Source of the DNA: Spirochaetia bacterium
GTDB taxonomy: Bacteria > Spirochaetota > Spirochaetia > CADAEX01
Assembly: GCA_963662265.2 (NCBI GenBank)
Contig: CAXXHA010000029.1
Coordinates: 96,001-160,000 of the forward strand
Length of the DNA stretch: 64,000 nucleotides
Direction: 5' to 3'
Shown piece after piece: positions 48,839 through 57,925 of the stretch (positions within the stretch are counted from its first letter, which is position 1; each line of letters begins with the position of its first letter). The position numbers and the translations under genes were made by a program. The notes beneath the pieces are model-generated. The model was given only the letters and a program-made list of their open reading frames with translations, was not told where the DNA came from and ran no database searches.

Positions 48839-51292
48839 TTAACTGTCATACAGAATATTATGCACTGTTTTAGATAATGTGTAGATTGTATAAGGCTTCT
48901 GAAGAAAAGCGCTTATTCCGAGCTGTATAACTTCCTGTACACGGTTGTCATACTGGAATCCTGATGTTAATATCACTTTTATATCAGGATTTATCTCTTT
49001 CAGAAGGAGATATGCCTCCTTTCCCGACATTTCCGGCATTATCATATCCAGTATAACTGCTTTTATGCTGTTTTTATTTTCCTTGTATATATTCACACCC
49101 TCAAGACCGTTTTTAGCTTCCATGACGCTGTATCCGCATGTTTTAAGAATATCAGAGGCAGTTTTTCTTATGGCTTTTTCATCATCAATAATAAGTATAA
49201 GACCTTCACCACGCAGTCTTTCCTGTTTTATGTCATGATTTATCCCGATGATTTTATCATCAGTCAGAGCGGGAAGATATATATTGAATTTTGATCCGAA
49301 ACCAGGTTCTGAATATACATCGATAAAACCGTCATGCTGTTTGATTATGTTATATACCATGGACAGTCCCAGGCCGCTTCCTTCACCTTTTTTCTTTGTA
49401 GTGAAAAAAGGATTAAATATATTTGATATTGTTACTGAATTCATTCCTACACCTGTGTCTTTGACTGACAGGATGAAATATTTTATGTTTTCCATTGAAG
49501 GATGATTTTTCAGCATATATGAATCAGGGGTTATTTCCTTTACCGACACTGTAAGATCTCCTCCCCAGTGATCATCTTTGTTCCTCATAATTGTCATTGA
49601 ATGTTCTGAGTTGACACAGAAATTAAGAAGCGCCTGTTCCAGTAGATTCGAATCTCCTCTTATAAATGCTGGTTTTTCAGCAGGTATAATATTTATATTT
49701 ACCGATTTATCAAAAGAATTTTTTCCAATCTGTATTACATTATTAACAATTTCATTAAGATCAATTCTGCTGAAAATTATTTCCTGTTTCCTTGACAGTG
49801 CCAGAAGCTGGTTAACCATGTTTGATGCCCTGCTGCTGCATTCATTCATTGTGGATATGTATTCAGTAAGTTGGTCTGTTTCAATTTTTCCGTTATCAGA
49901 AAGGTTGTATTCTATCAGGGAAAGAGTTCCTATAATTCCTCCCAGCATATTATTGAAATCATGGGCAATACCTCCTGCAAGGGTTCCTACAGTCTCCATT
50001 TTCTGAGCCTGCCTGAGCTGTTCATCTGATTTCTGTATCGAATTAATCATGCTTTCCAGAATACTTCCAAGCTCCCTTGTTTCAAGTGTCCCGCTGACAG
50101 GAATATCTGAATTTTCTATACCGTTCTTTTCAATGTTCTGCGCAGCTATCATAAGTTTGTGGAGAGGTTTTGTAAGATTCTGTGAAAGTAAAAGAAGCAA
50201 TGCAGTGATGACACCTATGAAAAAAACTGAGAGGAATATAATATGTTTTGACAGTTTTTTGACAGGTTTTTCTATTTCATCCATATAAATCGATGATGCA
50301 ATATACCAGTCGAGTGGTTTAAAATAAATTATATATGCCTGTTTTCTGAACCGGAAATCGTTTTCAAATCCAGGTTTATCCCATAAATAATAAAAAGGAA
50401 TATCGGAAGTTTCAGATGCTTTAATTAGATCATCGAAAATATTTTTTCCTGTTGCAGGATTAATCATTTTCCTTACATCCTGCCCTTCAAGGGTTGGATG
50501 AATAAGCATGGTATTATCGCCAGTGAAAACATATATATAACCGTTGTCAGCTATTTGTACCTTTGAAAAGGTCTCTTTCAGTTCCTCGAGTACTGCATTT
50601 ATTCTGAGTTCCACATCTTTTTCAATATCATCGATATAGACACCGGTTCCTATAATCCAGTTCCATTTTTTATATAATTTCACATGTGATATTTTAGGCT
50701 GATCAGAAGACAATTCTTCCCCGAGCGGCTTGGGCCACAGGTATTCCACAAATCCTTCACCGGAACTGAGACATATATCAACAATTTCTTGAAAAAGGTT
50801 TTTACCGGAAACTGAAAAAGTATTGAAAACTTCATTGCTTAGTATTGTATTATTCAGTTCAGGCATAACAGGATGCATTATCATCTCTGGAAAAGGTTTT
50901 CCTGTATCATTGATCCAGAAATAGCCAACTCCGTTGTCATACCTGATTTTTTCTATATTTTTTAAAGCTTCAGTTTTTGCCTCTGTTTCTGATAAAACTC
51001 CATCTGAATATTTTTTATAATATGAATCAATGAGGTTGAAAACTATATTTGATATGTTTTTCAATTCTTTCTGTCGTTGTTTTTTCGATATATCTTTCTG
51101 GAAAAGTATGCTCTGATACTGGTTCTGGACGCTTAAAAATATAGAATTTACAAGGTTATGGGCATATTCATTCTGAGATTTAAGAATAGTTCTCTGGGTA
51201 GCAATCTGGACAAGGAAAATCATGATAAACAAAGTAAATATAATTGTTCCAAGTACATAGAATAAGAGTTTTGATCTCAGTGACTTAAACAT
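48839..51292 (-). CDS. Hybrid sensor histidine kinase (Cache_2 x2, HAMP, HisKA, HATPase, REC)
   Basis: GYFWIND..MIMHP, YLWPKP, WIIGTGVY Cache motifs; AGGIAHDFNN; PFFTTK..GSGLGL; ILDMIMP. Confidence 0.95.
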   Translation of the reverse strand: MFKSLRSKLLFYVLGTIIFTLFIMIFLVQIATQRTILKSQNEYAHNLVNSIFLSVQNQYQSILFQKDISKKQRQKELKNISNIVFNLIDSYYKKYSDGVLSETEAKTEALKNIEKIRYDNGVGYFWINDTGKPFPEMIMHPVMPELNNTILSNEVFNTFSVSGKNLFQEIVDICLSSGEGFVEYLWPKPLGEELSSDQPKISHVKLYKKWNWIIGTGVYIDDIEKDVELRINAVLEELKETFSKVQIADNGYIYVFTGDNTMLIHPTLEGQDVRKMINPATGKNIFDDLIKASETSDIPFYYLWDKPGFENDFRFRKQAYIIYFKPLDWYIASSIYMDEIEKPVKKLSKHIIFLSVFFIGVITALLLLLSQNLTKPLHKLMIAAQNIEKNGIENSDIPVSGTLETRELGSILESMINSIQKSDEQLRQAQKMETVGTLAGGIAHDFNNMLGGIIGTLSLIEYNLSDNGKIETDQLTEYISTMNECSSRASNMVNQLLALSRKQEIIFSRIDLNEIVNNVIQIGKNSFDKSVNINIIPAEKPAFIRGDSNLLEQALLNFCVNSEHSMTIMRNKDDHWGGDLTVSVKEITPDSYMLKNHPSMENIKYFILSVKDTGVGMNSVTISNIFNPFFTTKKKGEGSGLGLSMVYNIIKQHDGFIDVYSEPGFGSKFNIYLPALTDDKIIGINHDIKQERLRGEGLILIIDDEKAIRKTASDILKTCGYSVMEAKNGLEGVNIYKENKNSIKAVILDMIMPEMSGKEAYLLLKEINPDIKVILTSGFQYDNRVQEVIQLGISAFLQKPYTIYTLSKTVHNILYDS

Positions 51293-51336
51293 TTCAATCC
51301 CTTCCAGAAGATATATAAGTGTCGAATAAAATATAT

Positions 51337-51461
51337 AAGGGAATCTATAAAAACTATGTTTTTTAATTTTGCATTATTTTATTCTAATTTACTCTCTAGA
51401 TTCTTACGTGATAATAATTTCTTGTATTCCAAAAACATAGTTTTTTCTTATAGATTCCCTT
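51337..51461. mobile_element. MITE-like element with ~25-bp imperfect terminal inverted repeats
   Basis: AAGGGAATCTATAAAAACTATGTTTTT (from 51337) versus AAAAACATAGTTTTTTCTTATAGATTCCCTT (to 51461). Confidence 0.6.
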
Positions 51462-51462
51462 G

Positions 51463-51515
51463 TGGGCAAACGTCTATGGAAAAAACTCGCTTTTGCGAGT
51501 TTTTAGAAGCGCCCA
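51463..51515. repeat. Second related palindromic element (MITE remnant)
   Basis: TGGGC...AAAAACTCGC-TTTT-GCGAGTTTTTAGAAGCGCCCA; the right end resembles the TIR of the adjacent element. Confidence 0.5.
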
Positions 51516-51693
51516 TAAATAATAATAGGTTTTCGGATTGATAAATGCAAATCAAAAAAATAATTGGGCAGTTGCTTTTTTATGAAAAGGTTTGATATTT
51601 ATCATGAAAAAAACTAATTAACATCATGTAAAAATCTCATTTAAATTGAAACAGACTTTGCTGTGTAATATAATTAATTTTAGGAGGTCTGTT

Positions 51694-51891
51694 ATGCTTG
51701 TATCAGTAGAACCAATGGGGGATTTATTCGGCATAAGAATCCCGGGTTATATCATGAAAAAACTTCATATCGGCAACCAGGTGGATCTTGAAGTCCATGA
51801 CCATGATATTCTCATGAAACCTGTAGATACATGGGAAGAAGGAAGTCCTGAACAGATATATAATGAAGCTCCTGAAAACGACTGGCAGTAG
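51694..51891 (+). CDS. Orphan AbrB/MazE/SpoVT-family protein
   Basis: TTGAAA-17-TATAAT promoter (51646-51674), AGGAGG RBS, 'GIRIP..IMKKLHIG..VDLEV....ILMKPV' swapped-hairpin pattern. Confidence 0.75.
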   Translation: MLVSVEPMGDLFGIRIPGYIMKKLHIGNQVDLEVHDHDILMKPVDTWEEGSPEQIYNEAPENDWQ

Positions 51892-52345
51892 AGTTCAGCT
51901 TTTATATTTGTTTCACGCCAGATTGTTTGCAGTGTGATTCTTGTACTTTTGTTTTTTCTGTTTACCTGAAAAAGTTGTTTTTATGATTTCCTGTCTGTAT
52001 TTATGCTGATTAAAGGTTTCACAGCTGTTCAATTATCCGCCGTAACTGGTATGCTGTATGGAAAAATATTTTACGGCGGATTAAATTAAGATATTATCCA
52101 GTTTATAAATATTTCAAGGTAATAAAGGAAAGCCTGAAAATGATCAAAATCAAAAATATGTTTTTATACTGAATACTTTAACCTGTTTATTGATAAGTAT
52201 TAATGCTATAAACTTTAATCAACAACCCCTTTGTCACCAGTTCCGGTGGTACTGGTTTTTTATAAGCTGCGGGATTAGACATGACCTGCGAATAAAGCAG
52301 AATATGAGTTCTGCTTATTTTTTTAATGAAAGGAAGTTCTGTTTT

Positions 52346-52795
52346 ATGGATAATAACTCTGTTTTAAGAAGTCTGCGATATATTCTCAATGCCGATGACA
52401 AGAGGATGACTGAAATATTTTCAGTTCAGGGGAGAAGTCTTGATATATCCAAGGTAAGCAGCATGCTTAAAAAGGAAATTGAAGAAGGATATACAGAGTG
52501 CAGTGATGAACTTCTTATACAGTTTCTTGACAGTCTTATAATTTTAAAAAGAGGTCCCAGGGATTCATCAAAACCGGAACCTAAAAAAGAAATATTAAAT
52601 AATAATCTTATACTGAAAAAACTGAGAATTGCTTTTAATTTTAAAGAAGATGAAATGATCAGAACATTTACCGACGGCGGATATGCTATTGCTAAATCTG
52701 AACTGAGTGCATTTTTCAGGCGGAAGGATCATAAAAACTATAAAGATTGCGGTGATCAGCTTATGAGGAAATTTCTAAAGGGGCTTTCTGTTTAA
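52346..52795 (+). CDS. DUF1456 (YehS) family protein
   Basis: MDNNSVLRSLRYIL, FLDSLI..KRG, NNLILKKLRIAF, ELSAFFRR..HKNYKDCGDQ. Confidence 0.92.
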   Translation: MDNNSVLRSLRYILNADDKRMTEIFSVQGRSLDISKVSSMLKKEIEEGYTECSDELLIQFLDSLIILKRGPRDSSKPEPKKEILNNNLILKKLRIAFNFKEDEMIRTFTDGGYAIAKSELSAFFRRKDHKNYKDCGDQLMRKFLKGLSV

Positions 52796-52800
52796 AAATA

Positions 52801-53652
52801 ATGGATAATTATATCTTTCTTGATACAGATAAAAAAACAGCCGGGTATTTTTCATCTCTGAAACAGAGAGGTATTGAAAAAACAGCAGTAGACCTGGAAG
52901 GGGAGTTTAATCTTCATCATTACGGGGAGCATTTGTGCCTTATACAGATTTATGACGGTGAACAATGTGTAATAATTGATCCGCTGAAAGTTTCTGTATC
53001 GCTGATAAAGAATTTTTTCGAAGACAGTTCAGTTCTTAAAATAATGTATGGCTGTTCCACAGACAGAACACTTCTCTACCGGAAATACGGAATAAGTTTA
53101 AATTCAGTAATGGACCTGTACCTGGCTTCGGAAATCCTCGATTATCAGAAGAAAGGGCTTGATTCGATGCTTGAATATCATTTTATACTGAATAAGAAGA
53201 ATAAAAAGAAATATCAGAAATATAACTGGATGAAGAGGCCTGTTCAAAAAGGAGCCCTCGAATATGCTTCAGAAGATGTTGCATATCTTTTCAAACTCAG
53301 TACTGTACTTATGAAAGAGATGTTTGAAAGGAATCTTATCGAAACATATATTCTGAAAAATAATGAATTGCAGATACGTCCGATTACAGAAGACCCGGTA
53401 CCCGGTATTCTTAAAAAAAGAAGATACAGAAACCTTTCCAAAAAAAGCAAGAAAATATTCCTGAGCCTCTTTGATATGAGGGATAAATATGCGGAAAAAC
53501 TTGACCTGCCGCCAAACAGTGTTTTTTCCAATGATGATTTATTCAGTCTGGCATCCTTTGCTTTAATTCCGGAAAAAACACCTGTTTCATCAAAAATGAA
53601 CAGTAAAATGCGAGAGGATATTTATGATGATATCAGGCGCTGTATAGGATGA
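52801..53652 (+). CDS. rnd: Ribonuclease D (DEDDy 3'-5' exonuclease plus HRDC)
   Basis: AVDLEGE, LCLIQI, NWMKRP, YASEDV, C-terminal HRDC (RDKYAEKLDLPP). Confidence 0.85.
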   Translation: MDNYIFLDTDKKTAGYFSSLKQRGIEKTAVDLEGEFNLHHYGEHLCLIQIYDGEQCVIIDPLKVSVSLIKNFFEDSSVLKIMYGCSTDRTLLYRKYGISLNSVMDLYLASEILDYQKKGLDSMLEYHFILNKKNKKKYQKYNWMKRPVQKGALEYASEDVAYLFKLSTVLMKEMFERNLIETYILKNNELQIRPITEDPVPGILKKRRYRNLSKKSKKIFLSLFDMRDKYAEKLDLPPNSVFSNDDLFSLASFALIPEKTPVSSKMNSKMREDIYDDIRRCIG

Positions 53653-53660
53653 ATTATTTT

Positions 53661-55076
53661 TTACATTTTTTTATGATAATATTCCGCAAATTTAAAATCT
53701 TCTTCCATGATGTGATCTTTAAGCCAGTTGTATAGAAATTCCTCAACATTATCGGAAAAAGCATAATTCCTGTTTCTGTTGAGTTCAATTACTTTCTCTG
53801 AGAGAATTCTGTGTTCTTTTATATGATCTTCGCTGAAGGGATAATCTGTTTCTCTGAAAAGATCTTCCTCATTTGCAAAATGTTCAATTGTAGATTCAAT
53901 CAGCCTGTCATAGTAAACAGTAAGTAGATCCTTGTCATATCCTTTTTTTATTGCTTTTGTAAAATTATCTGTGATTTCAAAAAGATTCTGATGTTCCTCG
54001 TCAATTGCCAGTATTCCTGTGTTGTAATCATCAGACCAGTCGAATAATGATGTTTTTGATCCCAATGAAAATATTTTTGATTTTTCAGAATCATTTACAA
54101 GCAGAAGCAGACTATCATTTTTCTCAAGTACAGTATCTGGTGAAGGATTATTTAATACAGTATTATCCATTTTTTTAAGAACAGGAATGCTTTCAGCTCC
54201 TGTCCTCTTTTTTACATCAGCTACAGTGATTTCCTCATCATTGAAGTGGTTGTATATTTTTAATGTATATCCCATGACTGACATCTGTTTGTAGTCAGAT
54301 GTTTCAATATTTTTATTTTTACTGAATTTCTTTTTAATCTGGTTGGCAATCTGTTCTCCCCCCATCTTAAGAGGATAAACAACCTTGTTTGCTCCTGCTC
54401 TTATCAACCTGTTTTCAATGTCTGATTTGTAACCTCGTGCAATAATAAAAAGATCAGGGTTTAACTCCCTGGCTGCAAGAGATACATACATATTAATGGA
54501 ATCATCACCCATGCTTACAACAATCCCCGATGCTTTTTTTATTCCAGCCTGGATAAGTGTTGAATCATAAGTTGCCTTTCCAATAACTGTCAGATAATTT
54601 CTTTTCTGTGCCCAGGAAGCAGTTTCCTCATTGTTTTCAACAACAACAAAAGGAATATCAGAGTCGTGGAGTGAATATGATATTGAACTTCCTATTCCAC
54701 CGAAACCGCATATAATGTAGTGCCCTTTGAGATTTTTAATTTTTTTAAGCATTTTGCTTTCTCCGAAATATCTTTTAAAGTTGTTTTCAACAAAAGCTCT
54801 TGCCAGCTGTGTTGCAAAAACAGCGGCAGAACCAAGTCCGCAGAAAATAAGAAATACAGTGAATATTCTTCCTGCATCTGACAGCGGTTTTGTTTCGCCG
54901 TATCCCACAGTGGTAATTGATATAGCTGTCATGTAGAAGCTGTCCATAAGTGTCCAGTCTTTCTCAATAAAATAATATCCGAAAGTCCCGGTGCAGAAAA
55001 TTATAATTATGAGTATCAGTATTTTAAATAAATTATATTTTTGTGATTCCATCTTTAATACATTTTCGTCTTTCAT
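53661..55076 (-). CDS. 2-TM K+ channel - RCK (TrkA-N) - bacteriohemerythrin fusion protein
   Basis: Selectivity filter TTVGYG; RCK GxGxxG (CGFGGIG); C-terminal hemerythrin WSDDYNTG..IDEEH, HFANEE, HIKEH, WLKDHIMEED. Confidence 0.93.
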   Translation of the reverse strand: MKDENVLKMESQKYNLFKILILIIIIFCTGTFGYYFIEKDWTLMDSFYMTAISITTVGYGETKPLSDAGRIFTVFLIFCGLGSAAVFATQLARAFVENNFKRYFGESKMLKKIKNLKGHYIICGFGGIGSSISYSLHDSDIPFVVVENNEETASWAQKRNYLTVIGKATYDSTLIQAGIKKASGIVVSMGDDSINMYVSLAARELNPDLFIIARGYKSDIENRLIRAGANKVVYPLKMGGEQIANQIKKKFSKNKNIETSDYKQMSVMGYTLKIYNHFNDEEITVADVKKRTGAESIPVLKKMDNTVLNNPSPDTVLEKNDSLLLLVNDSEKSKIFSLGSKTSLFDWSDDYNTGILAIDEEHQNLFEITDNFTKAIKKGYDKDLLTVYYDRLIESTIEHFANEEDLFRETDYPFSEDHIKEHRILSEKVIELNRNRNYAFSDNVEEFLYNWLKDHIMEEDFKFAEYYHKKM

Positions 55077-55183
55077 GTAAATAAAATTGATAACAATTAT
55101 TATTACAAAAAGTTGTCGTAAATATTCAGTTTTTCTATTAAAATTAGTTAATAATTAAAAAAAACACACTTTCAAGGAAAATT

Positions 55184-57628
55184 ATGATAAAAAAAATATC
55201 AGTATGTTTTTTATATACATTTCTTTTCATATTTTCAACTGTTTCAGTTTATTCAGATGTAGATATAAGCCTTTTATGCCAATCATTATTCAGTGAAGTT
55301 AAAGTACCTATTCTTATTATTGATACTGATACATCTGTAATAGTTGAGCTGAACAAAGCTGCTGTTGATTTTTACGGATATGATTATGATGAAATCAAAG
55401 GTATGAATATCAGTGAAATCAATACAATGAGTGCTGAAGATGTCAATTCGGAAATTAATAATACAGTAAATGAAAAAAGAAATCATTTTATATTCAGGCA
55501 CAGACTTTCTGGGGGAAAAATACGGGATGTAGAAGTTTATTCATCTCCTGTTGAAATCGGGGGGAAAAAATATCTTACATCTTTCATACATGACATAACT
55601 GAAAGAAAAGATATGGAAAATAAACTTAAAGCCAGTGAAGAAAGGGGCGCAATTGCGGAAAGTTTTGCAAGATACGGCAACTGGGTTTTAAATATGAATA
55701 ACGGAAATTTTACCGGTTCCGAAGGGGCAAAAAAAATATTCGGATATGAAGATGATGTTTTTACAATAGCTGAAGTTTATGAGGTAATACTTCCTGAATA
55801 CAGGGAAATGATTGATAGTGCGTTACGAGAACTTGTAAGTTCAGATATTCATTATAATATAAGGTACAAAATAAAGAGGAAAACTGACGGAAGAATAATT
55901 GATATAGCATCGACTGCCAGATATGATCATGATAAAAATACAGTTTTCGGCATTATTCAGGATATAACCGAGGAAACAGCAGCATATGATCTCCTTTATT
56001 TCAGGACCTCTATATTTCTCTCAGTGCTTTTTATTATTCTTTTCATACAGTTTGTAGTAATTGTTTTCTATATCCGGGCCAACAATATGAAAAAAGCTGC
56101 ACAGGCGACTCTGGTTGAGAAATCAAGGGAATTTGACAGGTTTTTCAGCCTGAAATCAGATATTTTATGTGTCTTCGATAAAAACGGATGCCTGATTAAG
56201 ATAAATGAAGCATGTGAGAATCTGATGGGAGTATCTATGGAAGATGCTGTTGAATCTGATATTTATTCATATATTGATACGGATGACAGGGATAAATTTT
56301 CAGCTGCACTTCAAGCAATAACAGAAGATGGAGATACTTCAACTTCGGAAGTTGCTGTTATCAGCAATGATAACGGGAAAAGATATGTAGAGTGGAATAT
56401 AAGCCGTGACAGCGGTTTTTTCTACGGTGTTGCCCGGGATGTGACTGAAAGAAGAATCAATGCTGAAAAGCGGCTGAAAATGGAGAAACAGATACTTCAG
56501 ACTCAGAAACTTGAAAGCCTTGGCGTTCTTGCAGGAGGTATTGCCCATGATTTTAATAACATACTTATGGCAGTTCTCGGCTATACAGAACTTGCACGGA
56601 TGGAAATAAGTTCGGCATCACCTGCATACGGCAATCTCAGGGAAATTGAAGCTGCATCAAAAAAAGCCTCAAGGCTGTGCAGCCAGATGCTTGCATATAC
56701 CGGTTGTGCCTCCTATAACCTTGAAAAGGTTAATATAAATAAACTGATAAATGAAATGATTCATCTTGTAAAAACACTTATAACCAAGAAAGCTGTTCTG
56801 AATTTAAGCCTGGAGGAAAATATATCAGCTATTGACGCAGATCCGTCACAGATAAGCCAGGTGATTATGAATCTTATAATAAACAGTTCTGATGCGATTG
56901 GTGAAAGTAACGGAGTTATTTCAATTTCGACAGGTTCATCTTTTTTTGATGTTGATTATCTGTCGAAAACAACAACATATGAAAATCCTGAACCTGGAAA
57001 ATATGTTTATTTTGAAATTTCCGATACAGGATGCGGTATTTCTTCCGGTGAAGTGGAAAGGGTTTTTGAACCGTTTTATACAACTAAATTTACAGGCAGG
57101 GGACTGGGGCTCGCGGCGGTTCAGGGAATTGTCCGGTCGCATAAAGGTTCAATAAAAGTTTACAGTGAAGAGGGCAAGGGAACCAACTTCAAGGTGATGT
57201 TTCCTGAGGCTGACAACGGTAAGAAAATTTCAGAACCTGATGAAAATGGAGAAAAAAGCAGCTGGAAAGGTTCCGGCACTGTACTGTTTGTTGATGACGA
57301 AGATACTCTTAGATTTCTCGGCTCGGATATGCTGAAGAAACTGGGTTACAATGTTGTAACAGCAATTGACGGAAGTGATGCTGTCCGGAAATACAGGGAA
57401 CTGAAAAGCGAAATTGATTTTGTCATACTTGATCTTACAATGCCTAACATGGACGGCAGCCAGGCTTTGAGTGAAATTAGAAATATAAATAACGATGTTG
57501 ATGTTATTGTTGCAAGCGGATACAGCTATAATGATATTGTTGCAAGATTTTCCGGTAAAAATATTTCCGGAATAATACAGAAACCCTATTCAATGGATAA
57601 AATAAGGGAAATACTTGAAAACATATAA
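55184..57628 (+). CDS. Hybrid sensor histidine kinase (signal/TM, PAS, PAS, TM, PAS, HisKA, HATPase, REC)
   Basis: NKAAVDFYGY and HDITERK PAS/PAC motifs; AGGIAHDFNN; PFYTTKFTGRGLGL; ILDLTMP. Confidence 0.95.
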   Translation: MIKKISVCFLYTFLFIFSTVSVYSDVDISLLCQSLFSEVKVPILIIDTDTSVIVELNKAAVDFYGYDYDEIKGMNISEINTMSAEDVNSEINNTVNEKRNHFIFRHRLSGGKIRDVEVYSSPVEIGGKKYLTSFIHDITERKDMENKLKASEERGAIAESFARYGNWVLNMNNGNFTGSEGAKKIFGYEDDVFTIAEVYEVILPEYREMIDSALRELVSSDIHYNIRYKIKRKTDGRIIDIASTARYDHDKNTVFGIIQDITEETAAYDLLYFRTSIFLSVLFIILFIQFVVIVFYIRANNMKKAAQATLVEKSREFDRFFSLKSDILCVFDKNGCLIKINEACENLMGVSMEDAVESDIYSYIDTDDRDKFSAALQAITEDGDTSTSEVAVISNDNGKRYVEWNISRDSGFFYGVARDVTERRINAEKRLKMEKQILQTQKLESLGVLAGGIAHDFNNILMAVLGYTELARMEISSASPAYGNLREIEAASKKASRLCSQMLAYTGCASYNLEKVNINKLINEMIHLVKTLITKKAVLNLSLEENISAIDADPSQISQVIMNLIINSSDAIGESNGVISISTGSSFFDVDYLSKTTTYENPEPGKYVYFEISDTGCGISSGEVERVFEPFYTTKFTGRGLGLAAVQGIVRSHKGSIKVYSEEGKGTNFKVMFPEADNGKKISEPDENGEKSSWKGSGTVLFVDDEDTLRFLGSDMLKKLGYNVVTAIDGSDAVRKYRELKSEIDFVILDLTMPNMDGSQALSEIRNINNDVDVIVASGYSYNDIVARFSGKNISGIIQKPYSMDKIREILENI

Positions 57629-57721
57629 TCGAGTCTGAAAGAAAAAAATCAGAAAATGATTCACAATTTATTATAACAAAAGAGACTGTATTCTGAATTA
57701 GAATAAAATGATGTAAAATTG

Positions 57722-57748
57722 AAAAACATAGTTTTTAGAGATCCCCTT
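57722..57748. repeat. Solo copy of the MITE-like terminal repeat
   Basis: AAAAACATAGTTTTTAGAGATCCCCTT, closely matching the ends of the element at 51337-51461. Confidence 0.55.
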
Positions 57749-57925
57749 ATATAAACTTCTCACAGAAAATCTGATTTAGTTAGTAGAAATGAATCAGTAG
57801 TCCGGATAACACCCCTTCTTTCTATTGGATAATATTCATTATTAAATTATAATTGAGAAAAATGAAAAAAAGAAAAAATCTGATCATGAAAAACTGTCAG
57901 AAAAATAAATATAGAAGAGAACATA

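Noticed and set aside
51356-51541. 61-aa ORF
   Set aside because: Lies across the MITE-like palindromes; no recognisable protein features
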